This document shows, piece after piece, positions 9,496 through 19,550 of a stretch of DNA of 64,000 bases. The stretch is from NCBI GenBank assembly GCA_041660025.1, contig JBAZXD010000002.1, forward strand, positions 4,635-68,634, written 5' to 3'. The position numbers were made by a program, and so were the translations under genes. Within the stretch, counting starts at the first letter, position 1. Each line of letters starts with the position of its first letter. The stretch comes from Minisyncoccota bacterium. GTDB lineage: Bacteria; Patescibacteriota; Minisyncoccia; Phycocordibacterales; Phycocordibacteraceae. The notes beneath the pieces are model-generated. The model did no database searches, was not told the DNA's origin, and worked only from the letters and a program-made list of their open reading frames with translations.

Positions 9496-10461
9496 ATGAA
9501 AACCATACTCGTTACCGGGGCCGCCGGCTTTATCGGCTCTAATCTCGCCAAGGCTCTTCTGGAGGAGGGGTACCGGGTCGTCGGCATAGACAATTTCGAC
9601 GACACCTATGACCCTCTTTTTAAGGAGGCCAATATAGCCCCGTTTCGGAGCAACGCGAACTTTAAGCTTGAGCGCATTGATATCCGCGATACGGACGCGC
9701 TCATGGCCGTATTTGAGGCGGAGAAGCCGTCCTACGCCATCCATCTCGCAGCAAAGGCCGATACCCGCAAGGCGGTGGATACGCCGCGTCTCTATACGTC
9801 CGTGAATATAGACGGCACGCTCAATATCCTTGAAGCCTGCCGCGAGCATCCGGTTGAGAATCTCGTCATAGCGTCGTCCTCATCGGTCTACGGCAATTCG
9901 TCGCGCGTCCCGTTTACCGAAGAGGAACCGGCGGACCGTCCGCTCTCGCCCTACGGCGCGACGAAGCGCGCCGTGGAACTTCTCGCCCACTCTTACCACC
10001 ACAATTTCAATATGAACATCACGTGTCTGCGCTATTTCAACGCTCATGGCGAGAACAATCGTCCGAATATGGTGCCCTACATTTGGGCGGGGAAGCTCTT
10101 GCGTGGGGAAGAGATAGAGATCTCGGGCGACGGCAGCCGCAAGCGCGACTACACCTACGTCGGCGATATCGTGCGCGGGACCATCCTCGCAATGGAGAAG
10201 CCGCTCGGCTTCGAGGTCATCAACATCGGCAACAACACGCCGGTGTCGCTCAATGAGCTCCTCGCGACATTTGAGAAGAGCATAGGCACGAAAGCAAAGG
10301 TAAAGAGCCGTCCGAGCCATCCTGCAAGCGTGGAAGTGACGTATGCGAATGTGGATAAAGCAAAAAAGCTCCTCAACTGGGAGCCGCAGACGTCGCTTGA
10401 AGAGGGTCTGAAAAAACTAGTGGTGTGGTTTCGCGCGAACCGACTCGAAGAATCCAAGTAG
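9496..10461 (+). CDS. NAD-dependent epimerase (UDP-glucuronate 4-epimerase-like)
   Basis: LVTGAAGFIG, HLAAKA, ASSSSVYG, SPYGATK, RDYTYVGDI. Confidence 0.9.
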   Translation: MKTILVTGAAGFIGSNLAKALLEEGYRVVGIDNFDDTYDPLFKEANIAPFRSNANFKLERIDIRDTDALMAVFEAEKPSYAIHLAAKADTRKAVDTPRLYTSVNIDGTLNILEACREHPVENLVIASSSSVYGNSSRVPFTEEEPADRPLSPYGATKRAVELLAHSYHHNFNMNITCLRYFNAHGENNRPNMVPYIWAGKLLRGEEIEISGDGSRKRDYTYVGDIVRGTILAMEKPLGFEVINIGNNTPVSLNELLATFEKSIGTKAKVKSRPSHPASVEVTYANVDKAKKLLNWEPQTSLEEGLKKLVVWFRANRLEESK

Positions 10462-11568
10462 GGTCGCGAGGTGCGTGTCCCAGGAGAATTTTTCGTTTAG
10501 GATACGCTCCGCTCCCTCGACGAGCCGTGTCCGCAGTGCGGGGTCATCAAAGAGGCGGGCGATGGCGTCTGCGAGCGCCTGGTCGTCTCCTGCGGGCACG
10601 AGGAGGCCGCTTTCTTCATTGTAGACCGCCTCGTTCGTGCCAGGGATGTCGGTGGCGACCATCGGGATGCGTGCGGCGAAGCTCGTGAGCGCGGTATGAG
10701 GGAGACCCTCATAGGTCGAATTGAGCACATACACCTCGGAACTCTTCCGTAGGTGCCAGGTCTCCGCGCGTGATACGCGGCCGGTAAAGGTGATGTGATC
10801 GGCGACAGAAAGCTCGCGTGCAAGCGTCTTGAGCTTCTCCTCTTCCGGCCCGTCGCCGGCGATAACGGCACGCACATCTGGGTATTTTTTCTTAAGGAGT
10901 GCGACTGCGCGGATGATGCCGTCGAGCCCTTTCCATTCCACCAGTCGCGCGGTAGCGACGATCTGGTGCGATATCGGCGTCGCGTTGAAAGGAGCCTCAA
11001 TATCTTTTTCTGCGGCGTTGTAGTTCACGACCGCCCGTCCATTTTTAATGCCGTACGTCCGTACAATGGCGTCGCGCAGATAGGCGGATGGTGTCGTGAC
11101 GATGTCGGTATGACGCAGAACGAATCCCTGTATCGCCATGCGAAGCGTAGTCCGCCATCCACCCTCGGGTGCGGCAAGAAATTCCTCAAGGCGTTTTTTG
11201 GTGCGCCGTTCTTGGCTTGCGCGCTCCCATGCCTCATCGCCGACGAATTTCAGCACGAGCGGTATGCCACGCATCCGGCTCACGATGGCGGCCGGGAGTC
11301 CGGCCGCCATCGCGTTCTGCACGTAGATGACGTCCGCGCCGCGCGCCGCGCGGAAAAGGTCAAAGGTGAATTTGAAAAGCCGCAAAGGGAGCGGGCGACG
11401 CTTGCTCGCAACGAAAAGCGTCGTACCGGGGATGATCTCCGAGGTGCTCGCATAGGCGACGATAACGATCTCGTGCTTGCTTTTGAGGCGCGTGGCAAGC
11501 TCTTTTGTATAGGTTGCGGGACCGCCGATCTCGGGCGGATACACCGGGGTTGCGAGTATGATTTTCAC
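10417..11568 (-). CDS. Glycosyltransferase family 4
   Basis: GTG start MKIILATPVYPPEIGGPATY, ARLVEWKG, NSTYEGLPH. Confidence 0.9.
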   Translation of the reverse strand: MKIILATPVYPPEIGGPATYTKELATRLKSKHEIVIVAYASTSEIIPGTTLFVASKRRPLPLRLFKFTFDLFRAARGADVIYVQNAMAAGLPAAIVSRMRGIPLVLKFVGDEAWERASQERRTKKRLEEFLAAPEGGWRTTLRMAIQGFVLRHTDIVTTPSAYLRDAIVRTYGIKNGRAVVNYNAAEKDIEAPFNATPISHQIVATARLVEWKGLDGIIRAVALLKKKYPDVRAVIAGDGPEEEKLKTLARELSVADHITFTGRVSRAETWHLRKSSEVYVLNSTYEGLPHTALTSFAARIPMVATDIPGTNEAVYNEESGLLVPAGDDQALADAIARLFDDPALRTRLVEGAERILNEKFSWDTHLATLLGFFESVRAKPHH

Positions 11569-11627
11569 GTGCGGTAGTGTACCATAATTCACGATACACG
11601 CGCCTTGCGGCAGCCAACATTTTACCT

Positions 11628-12662
11628 ATGAAGCTTCTCATTCTGACGCAGACGGTTGACCGCAAAGATTCGGCCCTTGGCTACTACCATGCGTGGATTA
11701 CGGAGCTCGCGGGACATATCGGGCACATCACTATTTTCGCACTCCGCACCGGCGCGTATGAATTGCCATCTAATGTGACGGTCGTCCCGCTCCGGCCGTG
11801 GGGGCATCGGGCGCGTCTGCGGACGGCAGTGCGAGTCCTGCGCCTTGCGTGGCAACAGAGGGGTGAATATGACGCGGTGCTCGTGCATATGAATCAGGAG
11901 TATCTGCTTATCGCCGGATGGCTCTGGCGCCTGCTCGGGAAACGTGTGTATATGTGGCGGAATCACTATGCGGGGAATATTCTGACCGATATCGCCGCGC
12001 TTTTCTGCGACAAGATATTTTATACCTCCAAATCTTCCTACACGGCGAAATATAAAAAGGCAGTGCAAATGCCGGTCGGTGTGGACGTCGGTTCCTGTCA
12101 TCTTGATGAGTCGATAGAACGCCGCTCTCGCTCCGTTCTTTTCCTCGGGCGGTTCGACATATCAAAACGCCCCGACCTCGTCGTTGAGGCACTCGGGAAG
12201 GTGGCGAAGAGCGCTGAATTCAGCGCGACGTTCGTCGGCGGACCGAGCGACCCGGCTTCGTCGCTTCCGGAAAAAGTCGCGGCGCAGGCAAAGGAGCTCG
12301 GAATCGCCGACCGGATTGTTTTTGCCGGTCCGGTGCCGAATACGGATACGTACCGGTACTATCGCTCACACGCTATCTACGTGAATTGCGGCAGGAGCGG
12401 TATGCTTGATAAGTCGCTTTTCAAGTCGATTGCCTGCGGATGCCTGCCGCTCTTCGCGAGCGCCGATATGGCGGAGATAGCCGGCCCCGAATTCGCGTAC
12501 CGAGACGGCGATGCGGACGATCTTGCAAAGCATCTTTCCGCGGCGCTCGCGCTTGGGGATGAGGAGCGGAGCGCTCGCGTGAAGGAATTGCAGGCGAAGG
12601 CGATCGATGCGCATACGCTTCCGGTGCTCGCGCGGCGCCTCACCGAAGAGATGAATATATGA
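11628..12662 (+). CDS. Glycosyltransferase family 4
   Basis: MKLLILTQTVD, LFLGRFDISK, SGMLDKSLFKSIACG. Confidence 0.85.
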   Translation: MKLLILTQTVDRKDSALGYYHAWITELAGHIGHITIFALRTGAYELPSNVTVVPLRPWGHRARLRTAVRVLRLAWQQRGEYDAVLVHMNQEYLLIAGWLWRLLGKRVYMWRNHYAGNILTDIAALFCDKIFYTSKSSYTAKYKKAVQMPVGVDVGSCHLDESIERRSRSVLFLGRFDISKRPDLVVEALGKVAKSAEFSATFVGGPSDPASSLPEKVAAQAKELGIADRIVFAGPVPNTDTYRYYRSHAIYVNCGRSGMLDKSLFKSIACGCLPLFASADMAEIAGPEFAYRDGDADDLAKHLSAALALGDEERSARVKELQAKAIDAHTLPVLARRLTEEMNI

Positions 12663-13798
12663 AAGTACTATTTGTATCCAACGACCCGAGTATTTTCGAT
12701 GCGGCGAGCGCCGCGCGAGTACGGATGCGCTCCTATGCCGCGCTTGTGGGGGAGTTGCACATCCTTTCATCCGCAGGCTCCGATGCGCGCGAGGAACAGG
12801 ATGGGAATCTATTTCTCCACCCGGTGCATTCATGGAAGATTTTTCGCGTGCGTGCGCTCGCGAGTCGGGCACATGAGCTCATTCTTGAAAAGGGAATCGA
12901 GGTCGTTTCTGCTCAGGACCCCTTCGAGCACGGGCTCGCCGCGCTTCGCGCGGCGCAGGGCACAAACGCAAAGCTACATATTCAAGTGCATACCGACTTC
13001 CTCTCGCCATGGTTTACGAGAAGCGGCAATTGGCGCAGTCCGCGCGTGCGGATGCCGCTCTTGAATCGCTGGCGCTGCCGGATTGCCGACCGCGTGCTCC
13101 CCGAGGCTACCGGCATCCGCGTTGTTTCCGAACGGGTAAAGGTATCGCTCGTCGCGCGCTACGGCAGCCGCATCAGCGAACCTTCGGTCATCCCCGCGGC
13201 GGTTGACGCCACAGTGCCCGAGCCCGTGCGATTGCCCCCGCACCCTTCATTCACTTTCGTGCTTATCGCCGTTGGGCGGCTTGAGCCCGAGAAGCGCATC
13301 GAGGATATCCTCGCGGCGCTCAAGCTGGTGGTGGTGCACTATCCGATGGCCGGACTTTTTATCGTTGGGGAAGGTCGGGAGCGCGGTCGGCTCGAACGGA
13401 TGACACGCAACCTCGGTCTCGAGAATAACGTTCTATTTCTCGGGAATCGGCCGGACGCTCGAGGGCTTATGCGGAGCGCGCACGCCTTCATCCAGGCGAG
13501 CGCCTACGAGGGCTACGGCTTCACACTCGTCGAGGCGGCGCTCGCCAAAGTACCCATCGTCACGACCGATGTCGGCATCGTGGGCGAGGTGTTCAAGGGC
13601 TACGAAGACGTTCTTTCTGTGCCCGTCGCCGACCCGACGGCGCTCTCGCTCGGCATCGTCGGCATCCTCGAGGACACCCGCGTGCGCCTCGAACTCCCGA
13701 CCCATGCCGAGGCGACGGTGCGCGCGCACCTCGCGGCGGTCGGCGACATCCCGAACCGCATCGTCGCTGATCTAATGAGTACAATAAAATATCACTAA
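12659..13798 (+). CDS. Glycosyltransferase family 4
   Basis: VGRLEPEK, SAYEGYGFTLVEAA, TTDVG. Confidence 0.9.
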   Translation: MKVLFVSNDPSIFDAASAARVRMRSYAALVGELHILSSAGSDAREEQDGNLFLHPVHSWKIFRVRALASRAHELILEKGIEVVSAQDPFEHGLAALRAAQGTNAKLHIQVHTDFLSPWFTRSGNWRSPRVRMPLLNRWRCRIADRVLPEATGIRVVSERVKVSLVARYGSRISEPSVIPAAVDATVPEPVRLPPHPSFTFVLIAVGRLEPEKRIEDILAALKLVVVHYPMAGLFIVGEGRERGRLERMTRNLGLENNVLFLGNRPDARGLMRSAHAFIQASAYEGYGFTLVEAALAKVPIVTTDVGIVGEVFKGYEDVLSVPVADPTALSLGIVGILEDTRVRLELPTHAEATVRAHLAAVGDIPNRIVADLMSTIKYH

Positions 13799-13801
13799 CC
13801 T

Positions 13802-14545
13802 ATGAAAGGCATCATTTTAGCTGGAGGTTTAGGTTCCAGACTCTATCCGCTTACTTACGCGACGAACAAACACCTGCTCCCCGTATTTGATCAGCCGATG
13901 ATTTTTTATCCAATCCAGACTCTCCTAAGGGCGGGCATACGGGACATTATGATTGTGGTTGGCGGACCGCACTCAGGGAGTTTTATTTCGGTTTTGAAAA
14001 ACGGCAAAGAACTAGGTATCCGCCATTTGGAGTTTGCGTACCAAGAGAGCATACTCCGTGACGGCCTAAAGATTGAGGGAGGAATCTCTCATGCATTATC
14101 GTTGTGCGAGGACTTTGCGCAGCGCTCTCCAATAGCGGTTATCTTAGGAGACAATACTACCGATGCGGATATCTCTGTCCCTGTGAGAAATTTTCAGAAT
14201 GGGGCGACGGTATTTCTTAAGAAAGTATCGGATCCAAATCGATATGGTGTGCCGATATTTGATAAAAAAGAAAAAAGAAAAATCATTACTATTGAGGAAA
14301 AACCAAAACGGCCCAAATCAAATTACGCCATTACGGGACTCTATTTATACGACAATACTGTGTTTGACAGAATACGGACACTTATACCATCGGCGAGAGG
14401 GGAACTTGAAATAACAGACTTAAATAATTCTTATATTGCAGATGATGAACTCTCCTGGCTAAAGTTGAATGGTTTCTGGACCGACGCAGGAACGTTCAGA
14501 AGCTTGTTTGAAGCCAATCAATTTTGGGCGCATAAGAAACACTGA
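13802..14545 (+). CDS. Sugar-phosphate nucleotidylyltransferase (glucose-1-phosphate thymidylyltransferase, RmlA/SpsI-like, short form)
   Basis: MKGIILAGGLGSRLYPLT, KHLLPV, EEKP, SARGELEITD, WTDAGT. Confidence 0.9.
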   Translation: MKGIILAGGLGSRLYPLTYATNKHLLPVFDQPMIFYPIQTLLRAGIRDIMIVVGGPHSGSFISVLKNGKELGIRHLEFAYQESILRDGLKIEGGISHALSLCEDFAQRSPIAVILGDNTTDADISVPVRNFQNGATVFLKKVSDPNRYGVPIFDKKEKRKIITIEEKPKRPKSNYAITGLYLYDNTVFDRIRTLIPSARGELEITDLNNSYIADDELSWLKLNGFWTDAGTFRSLFEANQFWAHKKH

Positions 14546-14627
14546 ATGTAGGAAACCACTCCGTTTATTTTGTCGTTATAGAGTCCATATGATGGTATCA
14601 GCATATCGCTTGTGTTAGAGTCTCACA

Positions 14628-15488
14628 ATGGCGGTAAAGAAAGGAAATAAGCCGTTAATCGGCTTCATAGGTCAGGGATACATCGGCAAAAATTATGCTG
14701 ATGACTTCGAGAAGCGTGGCTTCTCGACCGTGCGGTATGCGCTTGAAGAGCCTTATAGAGACAACAAGGAGAAGATAAAAGAGTGCGCTATTGTTTTCAT
14801 TGCAGTACCTACTCCGACGACACCGCGAGGCTTTGATGATTCGATCGTACGCGGCGCGATTGAGTTCGTGGAGAAGGGAAGCGTTATTATCGTTAAGTCA
14901 ACCATCGTACCGGGTACGGCAAAATCGCTTCAAGCGCAATATCCAGACCGTATACTTTTCTATTCTCCCGAGTTCCTCTCCGAAGCGACTGCTACGTACG
15001 ACGCCGCTCATCCATTCGCGAATATCCTCGGTTTCGCGGTGGATGATGAGATGCATCAAGTCGCAGCAGAACAGGTGCACAAACTCCTCCCCTCCGCACC
15101 TTTTTCGCTCACCTGTGACAGTACCGAAGCGGAGCTCATAAAATACGCGCACAATGTAAATGGCTTCGTACAGGTCGTGCTCTGGAACACGTTTTATGAT
15201 CTGGCGACAAAAAGTGGAAGCAACTGGGGGGTGGTGCAGAAGGCGCTTGCTGCCGACCCGTACGTTTCGAGCAAATATCTTTCACCGGTGCATAAAACCG
15301 GTCGCGGTGCGGGCGGGCATTGCTTCATTAAAGACTTTGCCGCATTGCGCGGATTGTATGAAGACCAGGTCGGAGATGTTGAGGGCGTGGCGGTGCTTTC
15401 TGCGCTTGAGAACAAGAACATTGCGCTCTTGAAAGAGAGCGGAAAGGATCTCGACCTTCTGAAGGGTGTCTACGGAGAAACGATATGA
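14628..15488 (+). CDS. UDP-glucose/GDP-mannose dehydrogenase family protein, short form lacking the C-terminal domain
   Basis: GFIGQGYIG, IAVPTP, KSTIVPGT, PEFLSE, AELIKY, GAGGHCFIKD. Confidence 0.88.
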   Translation: MAVKKGNKPLIGFIGQGYIGKNYADDFEKRGFSTVRYALEEPYRDNKEKIKECAIVFIAVPTPTTPRGFDDSIVRGAIEFVEKGSVIIVKSTIVPGTAKSLQAQYPDRILFYSPEFLSEATATYDAAHPFANILGFAVDDEMHQVAAEQVHKLLPSAPFSLTCDSTEAELIKYAHNVNGFVQVVLWNTFYDLATKSGSNWGVVQKALAADPYVSSKYLSPVHKTGRGAGGHCFIKDFAALRGLYEDQVGDVEGVAVLSALENKNIALLKESGKDLDLLKGVYGETI

Positions 15489-15615
15489 AAAGAATCTCTG
15501 TTACTGGCGATATTATTCCGGCGGTAGAATACATATCGCACGGGGAATCACGGCCTTATCACGAGAGTCTATAGTCTAGAGAGATCAACAGATGACTTTC
15601 TTGGAAATACACAAT

Positions 15616-16215
15616 ATGGAAAGAGGAGAATACAAAAAATTCATAGATGAAAAAATGGCCGCAATCGCCAAAGAGAAGATTATTTTAGACGTAGGCGGAG
15701 GAGAACGGTTCACGAAATGGCTTTCGGAATATCGCGACCTGTTCGATGATTGCGATTATAAGACGATGGATTTCGATCACTCGACGGGTGCCGATGTGGT
15801 AGGTGATATCCATAAAATTCCGCTCATAGATGGTAGTGTTGATGCGGTCATTTGCAGTTCCGTGCTCGAGCATGTCGAAAATCCGATTCTTGCAGTACAT
15901 GAAATTCATAGGATACTGAAAGACGGAGGAAAGCTGTTTGTCTCCATACCTTCTATTTATCCCTATCATGCGCGGAAAGGGCACTATCCCGACTACTGGA
16001 GGTTTTTCGACGATACGATAGACATATTGTTCCGAGATTTCGGTAAGGTCGAGTTCGTGAAGAGAGGCGGGTATTTTAAGGCACTGTTTTTCTTTCTACC
16101 ACTGCAGCATCGCCTACGATTCATCATAGATCCCCTAGCCGGATGTATGGATTCCTTGCTTCGAACAGAAAAAAGAAGCACCACCTCTGGCTATTATATT
16201 TATGCAGTTAAATAA
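15616..16215 (+). CDS. Class I SAM-dependent methyltransferase
   Basis: ILDVGGG, VLEHV, RILKDGG, DYWRF. The start is 15592 or 15616. Confidence 0.88.
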   Translation: MERGEYKKFIDEKMAAIAKEKIILDVGGGERFTKWLSEYRDLFDDCDYKTMDFDHSTGADVVGDIHKIPLIDGSVDAVICSSVLEHVENPILAVHEIHRILKDGGKLFVSIPSIYPYHARKGHYPDYWRFFDDTIDILFRDFGKVEFVKRGGYFKALFFFLPLQHRLRFIIDPLAGCMDSLLRTEKRSTTSGYYIYAVK

Positions 16216-17383
16216 CACACCGCGACACGGCACACTGGTGTATGTGACCAGTACGAGGTTCCCCACGGAAAAAGCTCACGGCCTCGCTACTGTGAAGTTG
16301 TGCGAAGCTTTTGCAAGGCGCGGATACGCCGTGGATGTCCTTGCGCCGCGTCTGTGGAGAAGGGACGGAGGCGATGTCTTCGACTACTATGACGTAAAAA
16401 ATACTTTCCGCATCGTGAAGATCCCCTGCATAGACCTTATCCCGCTTCGGGTCATTGATACACTCGCGTTTCTCCTACAGTCAATCTCTTTTTCTCTCCT
16501 CGCGCTCCTGTATGTAGCCAGCGTCTACAGAGCCAAGATGAAAAAGTGTATATTCTTTTCTCACGACTACATACCGTTATATTTCATGACGTTCTTGCCG
16601 GTCAGTATCTTCTATGACGTGCATCATTTCCCAGGGAATAATTTCATGTATCGGAGGGTGGTAAAGAGAGCGTTCGGTTTTGCCGTTCAGACAAAATGGA
16701 AAGTCAACGAGCTTTCGGATAAATTCGGGATCGCTCCAGAAAGAATCGTTTATTGGCCGAATGGGACCGATATACGAGCGTTCGACGATTTACCAACGAA
16801 GAACACGACACGGAAAGAGCTTTCGTTGCCTACCGACAAGAAGATCATCATGTATACCGGACAGCTTTTTGAATGGAAAGGTGTGGATTCACTACTGCGG
16901 TCGATCACGATGCTCCCTTCGGATGCCGTACTCTATATAGTGGGCGGTGCGGACAGTGATGTCGTCCGGTGTAAGAAAGAGATACCAGAAGCCAATGATG
17001 CACGAATCGTCTTCATCCCGTTCCAGTCGCATGAAAAGATTCCCGTATGGCTCAATTCTGCAGATGTTTTAGTGCTCCCGAATACTGGAAAGCAGAAAGT
17101 TTCTTTGTATTACACCTCGCCAATGAAATTGTTTGAATATATGGCTTCGGGCAGGCCGATTGTAGCGAGCGCCATCCCGTCTCTGCAGGAGATATTGAAC
17201 GATAGGAATGCGGTGCTGGTCGAGCCTGATAACCCAGAAGCTCTGGCGGCGGGTATCCGATCGGTCCTGGATGATGCGGCGACGGCGGAAAAGATCTCTA
17301 GGAATGCCAAGATCGATTCCCGGGAATATACCTGGGATGGCCGTACGCAAAGGATCGGAGCGTATTTTGAAAAGTATGCATAA
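16202..17383 (+). CDS. Glycosyltransferase family 4
   Basis: RFPTEKAHG, YTGQLFEWKG, SPMKLFEYMASG. Confidence 0.9.
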   Translation: MQLNNTPRHGTLVYVTSTRFPTEKAHGLATVKLCEAFARRGYAVDVLAPRLWRRDGGDVFDYYDVKNTFRIVKIPCIDLIPLRVIDTLAFLLQSISFSLLALLYVASVYRAKMKKCIFFSHDYIPLYFMTFLPVSIFYDVHHFPGNNFMYRRVVKRAFGFAVQTKWKVNELSDKFGIAPERIVYWPNGTDIRAFDDLPTKNTTRKELSLPTDKKIIMYTGQLFEWKGVDSLLRSITMLPSDAVLYIVGGADSDVVRCKKEIPEANDARIVFIPFQSHEKIPVWLNSADVLVLPNTGKQKVSLYYTSPMKLFEYMASGRPIVASAIPSLQEILNDRNAVLVEPDNPEALAAGIRSVLDDAATAEKISRNAKIDSREYTWDGRTQRIGAYFEKYA

Positions 17384-18563
17384 GATAACGGTCTTCTATA
17401 CGAGAGTGCTCATCCTGTTTTCCTTCGTGCTCTTTCCTTTCATCCTTCTCTTAATCTGGGTCAGGAAGAGTCGGAATAGGAGAGTGAATCTAGAGAAGAT
17501 GCGTATCTTGATACTGCCCCAATTGACGAGGATAGGGGACGTCGTTTGCTCCACGCCGGTCTTCAGGGCTCTGAAAGAAGCATACCCAGACGGCCATCTC
17601 GCAGTCCTATCTTCCCTGAATGCGTGCGGGATACTGAAGAACAATCCGAGAATAGATGAGATCATAGTCATCGAAGATTGGCAGGATAACTTCCTCGGAT
17701 TGCTTCGGAAGATACGGGATGATCGCTTCGACTGGGGGATATCTCTTTCCGGTTCGGCATTGAGCTCGGTTCTATTCTTTTACGGGCTGATTCCGAACAG
17801 ACTGAAGATAACGAGGAGCGCACGACCTTTCGCGGAGATCTATTCTGATTGGATGTGCACCCTTAGGGAGGAATATGGCGCGCTTTCCTACTTACCGATT
17901 TTCTATCTGAAGATGCTTCGACATCTCGGGATACACTCTTCAGATGACAGGAAAGAAGTCTTCTGTCGGCTAGAATCGGGAGAGCGGGTCGAAGCTTTCT
18001 TCAGAAGCAAGCGGGTAGCTCCAGAGGACACGATTGTGGGCGTCAGTCTGAGCGCTGGCAATAAAATAAAGGAATGGGGCGACGATAAGTTTGAGGCGTT
18101 GTGCCGGGAGATACGTAAAGATTATGGGATGAAGATTGTCATCATAGGGTCTCTGTATGAGAAACAGCGTATCGATGCACTCCTCGGGAAGCTTGGCGAT
18201 CCGACTGCGTTCATAAGTGCTGTCGGATTCTCCATCGAGGAGTTGCCGGACCTGATGAAGAGATTTTCATACTTCATCGCCGTGGACACGGGGCCCGTGC
18301 ATATTGCGCACGCTCTCGATATCCCGATCATCGATATACTCGGGCCGGTGAATGATATAGAGCTGACGCCCAGAGGAAACGCGGCCATTATCGTCAAGTC
18401 GCCTTCGGATATCCCGCCAACGATATTTGCTTTTCAGGAAGCATTAGATCGTGAGTTGACCAAGAAATCCATGGATTCAATAACGGTCGCCAAGGTTCTG
18501 GATGCTTTTGATTGTCTTGTAAAACAGACCCAGATACCACGAACCCCGCGGGCCGTTGTATAA
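17376..18563 (+). CDS. Glycosyltransferase family 9 with N-terminal TM
   Basis: RIGDVVCSTPVFRALKEAYP, K.W....F, VDTGPVHIAHAL. Start taken at MHKIT. Confidence 0.88.
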   Translation: MHKITVFYTRVLILFSFVLFPFILLLIWVRKSRNRRVNLEKMRILILPQLTRIGDVVCSTPVFRALKEAYPDGHLAVLSSLNACGILKNNPRIDEIIVIEDWQDNFLGLLRKIRDDRFDWGISLSGSALSSVLFFYGLIPNRLKITRSARPFAEIYSDWMCTLREEYGALSYLPIFYLKMLRHLGIHSSDDRKEVFCRLESGERVEAFFRSKRVAPEDTIVGVSLSAGNKIKEWGDDKFEALCREIRKDYGMKIVIIGSLYEKQRIDALLGKLGDPTAFISAVGFSIEELPDLMKRFSYFIAVDTGPVHIAHALDIPIIDILGPVNDIELTPRGNAAIIVKSPSDIPPTIFAFQEALDRELTKKSMDSITVAKVLDAFDCLVKQTQIPRTPRAVV

Positions 18564-18593
18564 AGGCTAAAAATAAGTAATATATAATAAAGT

Positions 18594-19550
18594 ATGTCCA
18601 CCATTTTAGTAACAGGAAGTAAGGGCGTTGTAGGAAGTTACCTGACGTCCATGTTGGCCGCTAAAGGTCATCGAGTCTTCGGCATTGACCTAAGTCATTC
18701 TGTTGGAGAGATAGGCTGGGCGCAGGAAATGGCAAAGACTGACTTCACGTACGCGCGCTGTGATGTTGCTGATTTCCGGCAGCTGGAACGTGTTTTCGAT
18801 GACGCTGGCCCTTTTGATTTCGTATATCACACAGCCGCAGAATTCGGCCGCTGGAATGGAGAAGATTACTATGAACAGGTCTGGCGCACCAATGCCATCG
18901 GGACAAAGAATATAATCCGCCTTCAGGAAAAGCTTGGTTTCAAGCTCATCCATTTTTCTTCGTCCGAAGTATATGGAGATTTTGAAGACGTGATGAAAGA
19001 GGATGTGATGGATCTTGTCGAGATAAAACAACTGAACGACTATGCTCTTTCTAAATGGGTAAACGAGCAACAGATAAGGAATTCAATTATCCAACATGGG
19101 ACACAAACGGTTGTCGTACGTCTTTTCAATACATTCGGTCCGGGAGAGTGGTACCACCCCTACAGAAGCGTTAATGCCAAGTTCTGCTACAGCGCTTTGC
19201 ACAGCACACCGATTACCGTGTATAAGGGCCACTATCGCACCTCCACGTATCTTGAGGATACCTGCCGAACGCTTTCGAATATCATAGCTAATTTCAAAGC
19301 TGGCGAGATATATAACATAGGCGGACTGGAATATCACGACATCGAGACCCTTGCAGATATCATTTGGGATTATACAGGAGCCGATCGGAAGCTTATACAG
19401 TACGCGGGGTCTGAGAAACTGACCACAAAATATAAGAAGGTAGATATAAGTAAGGCGGTAAATGATCTTGACCATAAGCTTACAGTAGGTCTCGAAGACG
19501 GCGTGAAGAAGACCGTCGACTGGATGAGAGCCTATTATGGAATCAAATAA
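18594..19550 (+). CDS. NAD-dependent epimerase/dehydratase
   Basis: LVTGSKGVVG, SSSEVYG, YALSK, RLFNTFGPGE. Confidence 0.88.
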   Translation: MSTILVTGSKGVVGSYLTSMLAAKGHRVFGIDLSHSVGEIGWAQEMAKTDFTYARCDVADFRQLERVFDDAGPFDFVYHTAAEFGRWNGEDYYEQVWRTNAIGTKNIIRLQEKLGFKLIHFSSSEVYGDFEDVMKEDVMDLVEIKQLNDYALSKWVNEQQIRNSIIQHGTQTVVVRLFNTFGPGEWYHPYRSVNAKFCYSALHSTPITVYKGHYRTSTYLEDTCRTLSNIIANFKAGEIYNIGGLEYHDIETLADIIWDYTGADRKLIQYAGSEKLTTKYKKVDISKAVNDLDHKLTVGLEDGVKKTVDWMRAYYGIK

